DNA of 63,426 bases, the filler included, from Octopus bimaculoides (Eukaryota): NCBI RefSeq assembly GCF_001194135.2. It is 6 parts of 6 records of this genome, joined end to end, with 100 filler letters (N's around TTAATTAATTAA, not from the genome) between each part and the next. Parts side by side here need not be neighbours in the genome. Positions count along the whole stretch, not along the records: positions 17,948 to 29,622 come from NC_068981.1; positions 29,723 to 41,976 come from NC_068982.1; 4 more parts are not named here. One strand, 5' to 3'. Position numbers and translations under genes: made by a program. The first letter of the stretch is position 1; every line of letters starts with the position of its first letter. The notes under the pieces are model-generated. The model was not told the DNA's origin and made no database searches. It saw nothing but the letters and a program-made list of their open reading frames with translations. Below, piece by piece: positions 25,450 to 39,250 of this stretch.

Positions 25450-25930
25450 CTGTGGTTCCCGGTTATTATTGTTTCCATTATAGCAGTTCCTAGCTACAAC
25501 GATGTCTTTCACGAAGATGTCTTCGTCGAGGCACTTCCCAGCCACGTGGTTGTCTTTATCACGCCAGTTTCCAATTACCAAGCTATAGCCATCAAGGAAA
25601 TTCCTGGTTATCAGGTTTACTTCTTCGTGATAGTTTGCAAACACTGGGCTCTCTATAGCAATTTCTAGAATCCCAAAACTCCTCATTACAGAACCACCAG
25701 GTTCTTTTTGCTGCGTCACATTCCAACCACCAGACTCTTTTTACGACAGTTTCCAGCCACCTGTTTCTCTTCGTTACACCAGTCTTCAGTCACCAAACTG
25801 TCACTGTTTTGACAATTTCCATCCAATAAGCTTTCTTCGCTACGTCAATTCCTAACCATGGTATTTTCCGTCATAGATGTTCCCAGGCACCATGCTGTAT
25901 TCGTCACATTAGTTCTCAGTCATAAAGCTG
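25413..25930. repeat. Diverged minisatellite, about 31-35-bp unit, about 16 copies
   Basis: Recurrent CAGTTCCCAGC(C/T)AC....CTGTCTTCGTCA-like units, heavily mutated. Confidence 0.65.
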
Positions 25931-26750
25931 TTTAACTTTAAGGTTCTGAAATGGGCCAAGAATAAAATTAATGAAAGAACAAAACCTGCTATTTGCATCC
26001 ACGAAATAAATCACACGAATACATTATATGCATTGACACTTTGCATTCTTCTTTCAACTCCATTATATATAAATATGTGAATATTGAGCCATTCACGTAA
26101 AACAGCTTTATATATTTCATACTGTAATTTTAGTTCCATCCTTCCATATTTACCTCAGACTAACTGTCTACCCTTTCACTTTTCCATTCTTTCTTTAGTT
26201 CGTCCGTTCATCTCTCTAGTCTTCCATCTTCCCACTCTTCACTCTATTTGATTATTCTTTCAACTATTCCTCAGCCCTTCTGTCTATTCGTCCACATTGC
26301 AATACATTCTTCAGTCCATCTAACCATCTAACTTAATATCTTTCCCTCATTTCTTCTGTCCATCTCTCTCTATCCCTTCGTCATTCAATCTGTCTGTCCT
26401 TCCATCCTTTCATATTTACTTCACACCATATACCTTCCTTCTTCCCTTCCTTCCTTCCTTCCTTCCTTCCTTCCTTCCTTCCTTCCTTCCTTCCTTCTAA
26501 TTAGCCTTCTATCAAATATTANNNNNNNNNNTCCTTCCTTCCTTCCTTCCTTCTAATTAGCCTTCTATCAAATATTACATCCTTATTTCTGATTCTTATA
26601 TTTACCGTCTATCCTGCCATTCTACATCCATGTAAAAGTATTTGTCTGTCTGCCCGTCTGTCTGCCCGTCTGTCTGCCTGTCTGTCTGTCTGTCTGCCTG
26701 CCTGTCTACCTGTCTACCTGTCTACCTGTCTACCTGTCTGTCTGTCTGTC

Positions 26751-26801
<51 letters not shown>

Positions 26802-26841
26802 GTCTGTCTGTCTGCCTGTCTGTCTGCCTGTCTGTCTATCT

Positions 26842-27568
26842 ATGAAATTAGAAGAGGCACTTAGAAGTGGCATCGCGACCAACGTGCTGGTGGCGAGGTT
26901 GGCCCTTGACCAACACTTAAACGTCAAACACGAAGGTTTCGTTGTCAGAGCTAGGATGCATGCCTCAAGAAACGAGGGAATTGGAGCCACCGGAGAGGCC
27001 CGGGCGGCGGAAGCGCAACGTGGCAACAAAGCCATCATTCAGTCTTTGATAGACCAACATGGCCACGAGTTACTCAAGTGCGAAAGGATGCGTGAGGCCT
27101 TTCAGCAACATTTTGTCCGATTGTTCAGGACAACTGGTGAGTCGGAACGCAGGATAGACATCTACATAGCCTGCCACGACTTTCGGCAGGAGAGGCGGAG
27201 TGTTGCGAACGTCCCATTACAGCCAAAACCTCCAAATGGAGAAGAACTGGGATGAGATAACGAGCAGTGGGGTCACTCTCACCCAGCTATGGGCCAAGAG
27301 GAAGCTATCTCTAAAAGGTCTGGCTGAGGTGGCGAATGCGTACATCGCATCCGTCATCTATTACCGTCTTACCGTCGCGCCTTGTCCCGACCCCACCAGT
27401 ACGAAACTGGAACGCATACTCTTCCACGTTTTGTGGAGGGAAAGCGTTCCAATTGTTAGGCGGTCCATTTATTGTCAACATCCGCTAAATGGCGGGCTGA
27501 GTATGTCGTGGTTGATGATGCACAGACATGCGCAGACATGCGCTGAGACTGCGACATCTCCAGCGTTT
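26842..27568 (+). mobile_element. L1/Tx1-like ORF2 remnant with the RT domain deleted
   Basis: Linker region (HEGFVVRARMHA...EAQRGNKAIIQSLIDQ...EAFQQHFVRLF) followed within about 100 nt by the post-RT region (WAKRKLSLKGLAEVANAYIASVIYYRL...QHPLNGGL...RHALRL). Confidence 0.72.
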
Positions 27569-29097
27569 GTGGTGATCTCCTGTTCCTGAATTGCAAACGC
27601 ATAGCCTTCAAAGTGTGATGTGATGTAGTGGTCTTGTGTCCAAGAGGGGCTGCGCTTCGTATCAACTCTACCGCCTTATTCAAGCTTCCGAGCAACATAC
27701 CCATGCATGGTCTTTTTTTTTCTTTTGTATGCGGAGTACTTCCCATCCAGGTCTTCTCTGAGGTAAGAGAGCCCAGCTGTCTTGGAGCTGCAAAGATCAT
27801 CTGGAAGAGAGTGTTTCTTAAAGAGCTCACTGCCAACTCGTACAATGTTCCTCGCTTCACTTTTCAGGACTACATTAATATATTTACTTTTGCTGCTGTT
27901 GTTTAGCAGGTGCTGCCTGAGTGATACCATACAGCATTCGAAGGTCGTCTGCACTGATCTCAGGCCTCTACCACCTTCATTTCTTTCTTGGTAGAGCCTG
28001 TCAACATCACTGTTTCTGTGGAAGTTCTCAGTTGTTGTCAGGATTTTGCGGGTTTTGATATCTATGGAGTGGATTTCCTCTACAGACCAGTCAAGTATCC
28101 CAAATATTGGGATTAGCACTGGTACTGCAAATGCATTGTGGGATATTATTTTTTTGTGAGAGGAGAGTTCCAACCGCCATATTTTCCTAAGTCTGGTGCA
28201 ATATTCTCGGGCCACTCTATATTTATTCCTTTTCGTCTATGCCTAGGTACTTGTAATATTCTTTGTGTGGAATGGGGGAGATAGAGAGACCGTTGTTGCA
28301 CAGGTTTTGGGGGACTAACTTTCCTCGTTCTATAACCAAATACGAACATTTCTTTTGGCTAAATTCCAAACCTGTATCAGCTGAAAATGTTATTAATTCC
28401 AGTTGTTTTTTGGCATTGTTAACACTTTTAGCATAAATCTTCAGGTTGTCTACAAAAAGATTATGAATTACATTGATATTGCTGGCAGTTGAAGATCCTA
28501 GCAAGTAATCATTTGTTTTCTACTGTATTCTCTCTCAATTGAATTTAACCATGATACATTCAGGTTGAAATTTCTCTTTTCGTTCCAAATTTTTGACCAG
28601 AATGAGTGTAGATTTTCTTGGGAGGGAGCTTTCTTAATGGTAATATTTTTCCTCCTCATCTCTCTGTATAATGCTTGTAGGTTGGAAGCAAACTTGCGAT
28701 TGATACTGGTTCGCTCAAACATTCGCTTGCGATAGCGGAGTTTCTTGCTCAACGTCCTGAGTTCATGTTTTAAAGTGGTTAGTTTTCCCTCAAGAGCTCG
28801 GTGTGAAGAATTGCCATAAAGTTTCATTAATTTTTGGCTAAGGTAGAGTTAGTGAGGTGTAAACACATTTTTCTCCTTACATTTTATTGTTGTAGTTAAC
28901 CATCCAATATGGCGGCGCATGTTGTTCATGCTTTCCATCTAAGTTGTTTCCGTTTAGTAATTTCGTTAATTTGTTCACTGTAGATTTCTCCTAGGTGTTC
29001 TTTAAGAGTAATAACGGCTGTGTATATAAGAGTATTAATATTCCAGTAATTAACATCACATGATTCCATGTGCTCTCCAGCAACATCGTCAATAACC
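27566..29097 (-). mobile_element. R4/Dong-like retrotransposon, internally deleted
   Basis: N-terminal/RT0 region (FWSKIWNE), then HNLFVDNLKIYAK (decayed YMDD), YKYLGIDE, HNAFAVPVL, SDVDRLY..RNEGGRGL and SHFEGYAFAIQEQEITT; RT domains 1-4 absent. Confidence 0.88.
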
Positions 29098-29155
29098 TTA
29101 TGTATGCATGCATGTATGTATGTATGTATGTATGTATGTATGTATGTATGTATGT

Positions 29156-29378
29156 CCAGGGGTCCATATATTACCTTTACAATTTGAAAAATTCCGACAA
29201 AAAGACATATTAGAATAAGTTAGCAGAGTTTATTGGCAAACATAGGCAAATAAATAAAATTTTATTAGAAATATCAGAAGACGTCCACATGGGCTCCATT
29301 GCTCGTAATCTGTTGCGTTAACCTATTTTTTTTTCTCTGAATTTTTTGAAATTCTAAAGGTAATTTATGGGCACCTAT
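29156..29378. mobile_element. Tc1/mariner-type MITE with imperfect TIRs of about 38 bp
   Basis: CCAGGGGTCCATATATTACCTTTACAATTTGAAAAATTC matches the inverse of GAATTTTTTGAAATTCTAAAGGTAATTTATGGGCACCTA. Confidence 0.7.
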
Positions 29379-29431
29379 ACAATCCTCTATCATCAGATGA
29401 TTTTAAACATATCTAACTATCTATCTATCTA

Positions 29432-29485
<54 letters not shown>

Positions 29486-29622
29486 AAGGAAAAATATTGG
29501 CTTGCTCATATAACCAGCAGAATGGCGTCATTCGAAGGCTAAAATAGTGCAAAGTACTTTGTAACTAGCGACATGGAACAATATCTGATAGTCCGGCTGG
29601 TCACGTGATCACGATATATATA

Positions 29623-29722
29623 NNNNNNNNNNNNNNNNNNNNNNNNNNNNNNNNNNNNNNNNNNNNTTAATTAATTAANNNNNNNNNNNNNNNNNNNNNN
29701 NNNNNNNNNNNNNNNNNNNNNN
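29623..29722. other. Artificial scaffold spacer N44-TTAATTAATTAA-N44
   Basis: Same 100-bp format. Confidence 0.95.
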
Positions 29723-30083
29723 GCCCTGGGAATGACAGCGAAACGGGCTGATTACTACCTAGCTCAGATACCAGGAAACCCCAAAATGGCTGAAGTTCAA
29801 AAGATAGTGCTCATGGGAACTGCCCATATCCTACGTAAAATACTGTCTATGTGATCTCAAATTTTAAAACAAACACATAATTGTCTTATGGTTTCTTAAA
29901 CATTCACTAGAACAAAACTGTACAAATCCACATATATGTACCCTAGGCATAACACCTACATGAACTTCTAACTTGTTGTCTCTTGAGGTATCTAGGTGAG
30001 ACTTGGATCCAACGTGTACAAATGCAAAACAAAAGTCAAACATAAAATAATAATAATAATGATAATGATAATAATAATAATAA
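29723..30083 (+). mobile_element. R4/Dong-like 3' end, lineage A, with (AAT)n tail
   Basis: ALGMTAKRADYYLAQIPGNPKMAEVQKIVLMGTAHILRKILSM*, 3' UTR, AAT repeats 30047-30083. Confidence 0.9.
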
Positions 30084-30085
30084 AA

Positions 30086-30430
30086 CCAACGAATATAAAA
30101 ATCGCCATGATAGGGTAGGACAGTATTTACATTGGAATATATGTAAACACTACAAAATAAGCGCTTCTGCATACAGTTACGAACATCATCCTGAGCCAGT
30201 CGTTGAAGGTAAAAATATCACTATCTTCTGGGATTTTCCAGTCAACACTGACAGAACGATCCAGGCTAATCGACTAGACATAATTATCAAACACTGGGAA
30301 GAAAAGGCTTGTACAGTAATAGATGTAAGTGTTCTCAATCATTGAAAAATATACATGCCAAGGAATTTGGCAAACTAGGTAAATTTCCAAACTTAGAAAT
30401 TAAAATACAATAGATGTGTCTCTAAAAATC
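30086..30430 (+). mobile_element. R4/Dong-like fragment, post-CCHC to RLE domain
   Basis: NEYKNRHDRVGQYLHW...EHHPEPVVEGKNITIFWDFPVNTDRTIQANRLDIIIK...IDVSV; starts immediately after the AAT tail. Confidence 0.88.
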
Positions 30431-30439
30431 GCAGGGAAG

Positions 30440-31373
30440 CCATTAGCAACCTGGCACTTCCAGTTGTTTAATACAGTTTTAACATCATTGACTGGAATCT
30501 TACGGAGTTCCAATGCCTGGACAAGAAGGCAAGAGAAATACTAACTTTTAACATGCACCGCCCAAAAGCACATATTGATAGTCTGTACCTACCTAGAAGT
30601 AATGGCGGAAGAGGAATGATGCTGGTAGAGCTGTCCTATAAGACTTCCACAACAGCACTGAACAAGTACTTATCTAGTGCAGAAGACTGGATGCTGCGAC
30701 TTGTGTGCAAACACGAAAGCAGCAAAAAAAATCGTATTCGGTTGTCAAGGAAGCTTTCAAATTGACAAGGGAACATGGCATTAACCGGGATATAGTTGAG
30801 CAACCTGACACCAGTGCCACAAAACAAACAAAATAGCTCGAACAATCTGCAAAAAAGAACTGGAAGAAAAAACTTGCCGAGCGATGGATGCAGAAGCTTC
30901 AGCATGGACAGTATATACTTCGAGACGAAATGTTGCTGTAGATCAAGCAATAACCCATCAATGGCTGTGAAGTTCAGGATTGAAAGCAGAGACTAATGGT
31001 TTCAGATTGGCGGCACAAGAGCAAAGCTTGATCACTAAACACTACCAGGCTAACGTTCTTCAAAACGGTTCTGACATTAAATGCAGATTCTGTAACACTT
31101 TTCACGAAATAATAGACAATTTCGTGTGGGGACTTTATGTCCTACCACCAAACGAATATAAAAATCATCACGATAAGGTAATACAATATTTACATTGGAA
31201 TATATATAAACACTACAGAATCAGCACTCCTGCTTACAGTTAGGAATAACATCCTGAACCAGTCGTTGAAGGTAAAACTGTCACTATCCTCTGGGATTTT
31301 CCAATCAATACTGACAGAACGATCCAGGATAATCGACCAGACATAATTATTAAAGACTATGAAGAAAAGATTT
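30440..31373 (+). mobile_element. R4/Dong-like fragment: thumb, CCHC knuckle, start of RLE
   Basis: MHRPKAHIDSLYLPRSNGGRG, KAETNGFRLAAQEQSL, CRFC, ILWDFPINTDRTIQDNRPDIIIK; ends in (GGT)n(AGT)n. Confidence 0.9.
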
Positions 31374-31388
31374 GTGGTGGTGGTGGTG

Positions 31389-31462
<74 letters not shown>

Positions 31463-31479
31463 CAACAGCAGCAACTACA

Positions 31480-34400
31480 AACACGGCATGAAGAACAATA
31501 AGAATGATGGAATGGACAGAGTTATCTAGCTAGTAAAGTTATCTCGGACAACGAAAAGGACAATAAAGACAGCCCTAACCACATAAGTAACAATACAGTT
31601 TACAATATCATCAACAATAATAACCTTATTTAAGCAAACAAGTCTAGTGCAGAGCCAAATAATCATTCCTCGCCAGTAAGTTTTAAATGAAACAAAAAAT
31701 GCAAGTGCAAATCAAATCTAAATCATAACACATCGGTCATCGTGAGAGTTACCAAAGAGCGCGTCTCTGAGCTGGCAACCAATCTGAGTTCATAAATTTA
31801 GCTTCTGGAAGGAACTCCTCCGGAGATCGATCCGAGGAGAAATTGGAACCAAGAACTTAAGTCTGACACGTCAGATCAAATACCAACAAATAGCGTCAAA
31901 TGAATTAGAAATATATGGACCACACGCGTAGTATAAACGGGTTGTCACAGCATTTTAAAGAACACTGAAAAAACACGAATATCACTAAGCAGTGCTATAA
32001 CATCTGGAGAGTCGATGTCGGAGAAAGGTTTTGCCAGTATATAAACCCAAACAAGCTAGTAAATGTACGCAGAGATACCCTGTGTAACCACAGATTCACT
32101 CCTGATGAAATAGGGTATATCAAAATCACCGTTAACACTAACTTAAATAATGACAGTGAAGACCGTGTACTAGAAATTAACAAAGCAAATTCAGTATGGA
32201 TTACTGCCGTTAATAAACCACAGTATCAAGCCGATTATATGTCAGAGTATGGGGCACACCGAAACATGAGATTCTTCACAAATTATATACCACTACACAA
32301 GCTTCGTTTATAGAAGATAATATCGGCAAAATCCAGTACACAAAAGTGACGCCATTCATGAATGCCGTATCTTACAGCCTACAGAAATTAATGACAGAGA
32401 ACAGCTTCCTAATTTCCGAAGGAACAAGTCTAGCCTACTCATAATATAATATTTATGGTATTGCCCTGAAGCAAATCCTTGCGGAATCTAAATTCGGCTT
32501 GACGTCATTAAATTGCTTCATATATGAAGTATCATCTGCAGATATTATGGGATTAGATATCAAGCTAAGAAATAAGACTTCCAAAGAAAACATGAAAAAA
32601 AAATCAAAAGAAATGGAAAGAACGAATAAATAAAGGAACGGAACTGCTTAGATATGAATTGGTTATATTAAATGAATTATCTAAAGAGAACAACGTCAAC
32701 ACAAGGCAAGCTAGAAGGCCAAGGTACGAGTACAAATTAAATTACTTGAATGCAGTAAAATACAAAGGGTTAGTAAAATCACATATATAGATTAAGGCAC
32801 AGTGTATCCATAATTTTGATAATTGAAGTAACGTCTGTAGACAAAAGAAAATATTCAAAACGGATGCGAAAAATGTTCAGAAAACTTGGGAAGAAAACAA
32901 CAGAAATTAAGGTTCTACCTGAAATGCATGAGATAAAAACCTTGTGGAAAAGTATGTAGAGTAATAACAATTGCTTTGATGAATATTGAAAATTGATCAT
33001 AAGTTTGGAACAAAGAAAGCTGAATATACAAGAACAATCGGGAAGACATTACCATCAATGATCTGATAAAAGCCTTATCAAAGACTCAAAAATAAAAATG
33101 CTGTGGCATGGTATGATTCCACACTTTTGGTTGAATGCTCTGATAACACACAATCAATCTTCTGAGATTGTTTCTAACATGATGAAAAACGCAGAAGAAA
33201 CGTCATGTTGGTTGACTCAAGAGTTTATCTATGCGATGCAGAGCAATGACGGATATAAACCCCGAAGAATTGAAGGGCAATTACGTACTTTACTACCGCT
33301 TACAAATTATTGAAAATAATTCTAACAGAGTGCGCATGCAAGTACGGCATTCTGGTTTTAGAGCAAAATAACTATCGTGGTAATTCTTATGACTGCAAAG
33401 ATCAACTTCTGATTAACCGAATGATACATGAAAACTGCTCCACTAAAAGCCATCATCTTACTACAGCCTGGTTAGATAACCGCAAGATATTCAGTAGTGT
33501 CCCTCACCTGTGGATCGCAAAAACTCTAGACTTGTACAAGAGATCAGCAATTATTAAAGGTTTTCTTCGCCGAATGTGGGCAGGTCATACACAAAATTGT
33601 ACCTCAATCATAACAAAGACATAAGTACATCTGGCAGTATTATGATTAACCGAGGTATACGCCAAGGAGGCTCATTGACACCATTCTATTTTTGATTAAC
33701 AGTCATATATCTGGCATATGAATTGAACCATACACAATATCGAAACAAAATCTTTGATTGAAACATCTCATTATTATGGATGACCTCAAGCTACATGTAA
33801 AAAACAATAATGATATGAAGGGATTACGAACAACTGTAAAGAGTATTTCTGACAATATCAACATGGAATTTGGCTTGGATCAGTGTGCCGGAGCAACGTT
33901 TAAACATGGAAAACTCATTTCTATAACACCAACTTCGCTAAATGACAACCCTATTATCAAAGAATTAAACAAGATGGAGCATACAAATATCTGGGACTAA
34001 ATTAAGGGAAAGGAAGCAAACACAGTACTATGAAGTAAAACATCAAGGAGGAATATTATAGGAGAATAAGACTGATCATTAAAATGGAAGTGAATTCTCA
34101 GAATACGATTCAAGCTATTATGTTGCTGTCCCAGAGTCACATTTTAATCATAATACAATTAACTGCAATATATTAATGAACTCCAACGTATGGACACCAG
34201 AACGAGAAGACTAATGGCTACAAAGAATTTGCATCATCCGAAACTTGCTATTCATGCAGTCTACGGTATTTCAATAGAAGGTTGTATAGACCCCATTCAA
34301 TTAGAATGATCTTAGAAGACCACCACAATAAGACTTATTCCATACATCTCAAATAGCTACGATTGGTTGATACAATTACTAAACCAACATGAAGGGAACA

Positions 34401-34740
34401 AAACTCTACATTCTGCAATTAGGGAGGCACAGAAGCATAAAGAACTAAAACTAAATGCAACTTCGTATGGCTGACGTCAAACACTATGATTGTAACGTTA
34501 TCCACAAATATTGATTTGACTCTTTCACATCATAACATTCTTTAGCATATACAGAGAAAAGTGGCAACAACCTGGATGGAATAACTGCATAATAATGAAA
34601 GATTCCAACACTAGACCGTTAGGCAATCCAAATGTATTTGACATGGCCGAATCAGGTGCAAGAAATGGCCCAAGATAAAGCAATTCCTGTAGATTCAAGC
34701 AGAGATGGTAGGGGTCCATCCTATTAGAAAGCATAATAAT
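31480..34740 (+). mobile_element. Long decayed R4/Dong-like element: N-terminus, RT, thumb
   Basis: YNIWR..VG...YINPNKLVNVRRD, EQ....SYDCKDQLLINRMI, AWLDNRKIFSSVPHLWI, RGIRQGGSLTP, HLIIMDDLKLH, FGLDQCA, MDTRTRRLM..HHPK; many stops and frameshifts; 5' boundary approximate. Confidence 0.88.
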
Positions 34741-37238
34741 TCATCTAAATCTATAAGGAAGCCAGTAATATCAATTTATTTACTTATCAGCTCACTAATG
34801 CATCACATGTGGTGGATGATGTTGTGACCATCCATGGCACATGTTTCGTTCATAAAACATTTGAACATTGACAAACGCCAACCTCTTTCTGAAAATTTCA
34901 ATATTTTACAGAATTGTGGGCCAAACGTTATCAAGGCTCCCCGTCTTTGTTTTGGTTTTTTCTGAGCAATACTATGACTCCTCGACACATAGAACCAGTG
35001 CTAGTGGATATACATATATGTCAGATGTTTGTAAAGTGTCTAGTATGTAAAAATAAAGCTTGTTGGTTATCATTTCAACAAGGCGTATTGGCTTCCATAT
35101 AGCGAGCCATTACACCTTGTAGTTGCACATCTGTTATCGGATTTCTAAATCATTTTGCCTCTGTTTGCATGGGTCGCAGAAGACCGTCGGAGTAGACATT
35201 GAAACTCATCTTGCATTCGGGCTTGTCACTCAAACGTAAATGCCTCAATAAATGCTGTTGAAGGAATGCACTCATGCGAGCGGCTGAAGTAACGTGTCCA
35301 TTTCTGCCTATCAAAGATGGGTTTTAAACGATCGTTGTCAATTACATTCATGCGAGATCTGAGATAAAATTGACGTAAGAGCGCAAGAACGACACCGTTT
35401 TGCTGCGGCTTACCAGTATCACATGACAACTTGTAAAAAAATATGTTAGGCATTATGCAATTATTTTCGTTGACCGAACATATCATAACCCATGACACGT
35501 ACAAATATTTGCGATTTCAGAGGGTAACTTCATGTTGATATTTTCAGAGGATTACTACTAACGTGGGCATTATATTAGAAAATACAGTCAATCTTTTGAC
35601 ACAGATAATGCAAAATATTGGATATATGGGCTACCAATTTATCATTTTAAAAGCAAGCATTAGTAATCTGAAATACTCGTTAAATCTGGCAAATAATATT
35701 GGACAGAGATTGATAATAATTTTCAGGTAATATTCCATCAACATTTTTATGTTTGTGTGTATGGGAGTGTGTGTGTGAGTGTGTGTGTATGTGTGTGTGT
35801 GTGAGAGTGAGAGTGAGAGAGAGAGAGAGAGTGTGTGTGTATGTGTGTGCGTGTGTGTGTGTGTGCGTGTGTGTGTGTGTGTACACATTAGTACTACCTA
35901 AAGATTGAAATGGGTTATCGATGTTGAATGTTTTTTCAAACGATTGGAAATTATTTCCTTAATGGTTAATGATCCTGATCAGATATAAATCTCATTGATT
36001 TGTTAAATCCTTTGAGATATTCATAAAAGTCAATTAACTAACCTTGTGACATTGGTATAGATGTGAGAAAATACTATCATAAACACGAATAATATGAAAC
36101 GTTTGTGATTGCGTAAACTGTGGGCAATAAATATGTATTCTTACTTGATATTTCATGGTTTGTCTAGGATTGTAGACAAATTTGAGTAGAAAATATAAAA
36201 TTAGGATACACATTACCTGAAAAATATATTCAGAAAATATACTGAGAAAATGGTAAACAAAATAATTGGAGAAAGCAACGCATTAGTCATTTGTAACAGA
36301 TTCAACTCTATTAATTGTCCAGACGATGGCGTAACGTCTAGCGACAGATTAAATCTAATACTTTTATTCGAGTAATGGCATTATGCTAATACAGGAGAAT
36401 GCACGAACAAGTAGCTCGGGTTCCGGTGCATAGTGGAAATAGTAAAGTAAGTTACCATACACGAAAAGCACCTAGTGTTTCGTTTACAAAAGTCATTATG
36501 TTTGTTCGACCGTTTGTAACTGCTGAACAAAGATGGTACACTAGTAGACCGTTTGCTATCTTACCCTCACTGCATGCGAACCACATTCGTTGATTATAAG
36601 CAAGCATTGAGTGAAATTCTCTGGCCTTGTCTTTAACGTCGCGTATTTGATAGCGGGAAAGAGTGAAAATTGTTGAAGCATACCCTATAAATGATTTTTT
36701 TAAACAAAGGTGAAACACTTTTGAAGTCAAATGTCCGGGTAAAAGCTTACCGGAAAAGAGAACGACACAAATGCTGGCTGAGAACTTGCGCACTACGGGG
36801 TCAGAACACAAAACCCCAAAACAAAAACATGCGACATTTCGAACGCCGGAAGCTAAAGAAATCAACAAGTAAATCGGAACAGCTGTCTCACATAAGCAGT
36901 GTGTCATGCTAACATGTGTTGAAAAGTCAGAAGGTGAAGTTTTTTTTTTTTTTTNNNNNNNNNNNNNNNNNNNNNNNNNNNNNNNNNNNNNNNNNNNNNN
37001 NNNNNNNNNNNNNNNNNNNNNNNNNNNNNNNNNNNNNNNNNNNNNNNNNNNNNNNNNNNNNNNNNNNNNNNNNNNNNNNNNNNNNNNNNNNNNNNNNNNN
37101 NNNNNNNNNNNNNNNNNNNNNNNNNNNNNNNNNNNNNNNNNNNNNNNNNNNNNNNNNNNNNNNNNNNNNNNNNNNNNNNNNNNNNNNNNNNNNNNNNNNN
37201 NNNNNNNNNNNNNNNNNNNNNNNNNNNNNNNNNNNNNN

Positions 37239-37313
<75 letters not shown>

Positions 37314-38755
37314 ACATACATGCATGTGCTTATGTCTCTGTATGTGTGTAGTTCACAACGCGATGTATTAAAATTATATTTGTAACGTATTTTGAAACGG
37401 AGAGAAACGAAAGAGGGAGCTGGTGCCATCGAATGCCATCTACAATGATGTATTTCCAAATCTTCCTGCTTATTTTTCATGAATTCCTAGGGATTTCTGC
37501 ATTTTTAAGTGTGCCAGATAACGCTTATCTTTTTGTAAGGTATACAACAGTCTTCGGAGACTTTTGAGATTTCAACGTTTTAAGATTCTGGAAACACGAT
37601 TATTCAAGTCTACTATTTACAAAATCTTCCGAAGCTGGCTGCGAAAGAGGCATTACGGTCAAGAATAGGTTGAGGTGAATAACAATTAGAAGGCTGTAAC
37701 TAAATAATTCAAGTGCGTATTTGCTTCTCTGATATTTAACTACAACAATGTTTCATTCTGTTTCATTATTATCACATGACATTCATTTTATTAATTCTTC
37801 TAACGCCAACATTGATTATATCAAATATTTCTCTAACCCGTTCCCACACAAGAAAATGAAAGAATATACACATGTATATGCACTTGTATACACATATATA
37901 CACATATGCACTTATATCTGTACATATATAAGAAGAGAAGATTCCTTCTATCGCTATGTTATCCAAGGCGAATATAAGTTGTGAAATTACAACACTGGCA
38001 TTCATTTACATCAATATCGCAGTTTTTGCTCCCGTTTGACTTAACTGTATTTCTCATATAATCCCCGCCCCACAGATACACAGTGGAGCTCTTCTTATCA
38101 TCGACATAGTAACATCTTCCCTATCACCACTACCACATATATTATTATCTTACAATTGCTGTTGCCATCATGCTAATTACATTTGTGACGTTGATACATG
38201 TTATTTTACAGCTTACTACAGCTATCTTCCATTTATGTTTTACTTCGTTTTTTCTTTGTTTTGTTTTTACATCAGCGATAGCCCCAATGTACAACTGCAT
38301 CATGATTACAAGTGCTGCAAGATAAAAACATCATATACAGCAACAGCAAACAAAATGAAAAATAAAGATTAATATACAAGGTCCCTTGAAAGCAGCAACA
38401 GAATAGAAGTATTAGCCAAGTCTAGTAATCAATGCCCACAGGCCTCACTGGCGTTGAAAATGCAGCAGCAAGTAAATGATAACATTCAAATATTCATCAT
38501 CCAATGCGCAGTTGCGATTATGCTGCAAGGAGGTTCGATAAATATTGAACGGAACCACTGCAATAACAATTCTCAATATATGAATAAGATACATTTTGTA
38601 CGATTTCACCCTGTAATAGATCATCACCTCATGCATTTCTTCAACGATTTGTTTCAAGAATTTAACATGCGTTGAATCAATTTCTTTCTTTAGAATATTT
38701 TAAACACGAAAGAGGCCAATAGAGCCAATGAAATCTTCATTGTATAACATGTTAA

Positions 38756-38819
<64 letters not shown>

Positions 38820-39250
38820 ATATATATATATATANNNNNNNNNNNNNNNNNNNNNNNNNNNNNNNNNNNNNNNNNNNNNNNNNNNNNNNNNNNNNNNNNN
38901 NNNNNNNNNNNNNNNNNNNNNNNNNNNNNNNNNNNNNNNNNNNNNNNNNNNNNNNNNNNNNNNNNNNNNNNNNNNNNNNNNNNNNNNNNNNNNNNNNNNN
39001 NNNNNNNNNNNNNNNNNNNNNNNNNNNNNNNNNNNNNNNNNNNNNNNNNNNNNNNNNNNNNNNNNNNNNNNNNNNNNNNNNNNNNNNNNNNNNNNNNNNN
39101 NNNNNNNNNNNNNNNNNNNNNNNNNNNNNNNNNNNNNNNNNNNNNNNNNNNNNNNNNNNNNNNNNNNNNNNNNNNNNNNNNNNNNNNNNNNNNNNNNNNN
39201 NNNNNNNNNNNNNNNNNNNNNNNNNNNNNNNNNNNNNNNNNNNNNNNNNN

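Noticed and set aside
26490-26576. Direct repeat on both sides of a 10-N gap
   Set aside because: Typical unmerged contig overlap at a (TTCC)n tract; an assembly artefact.
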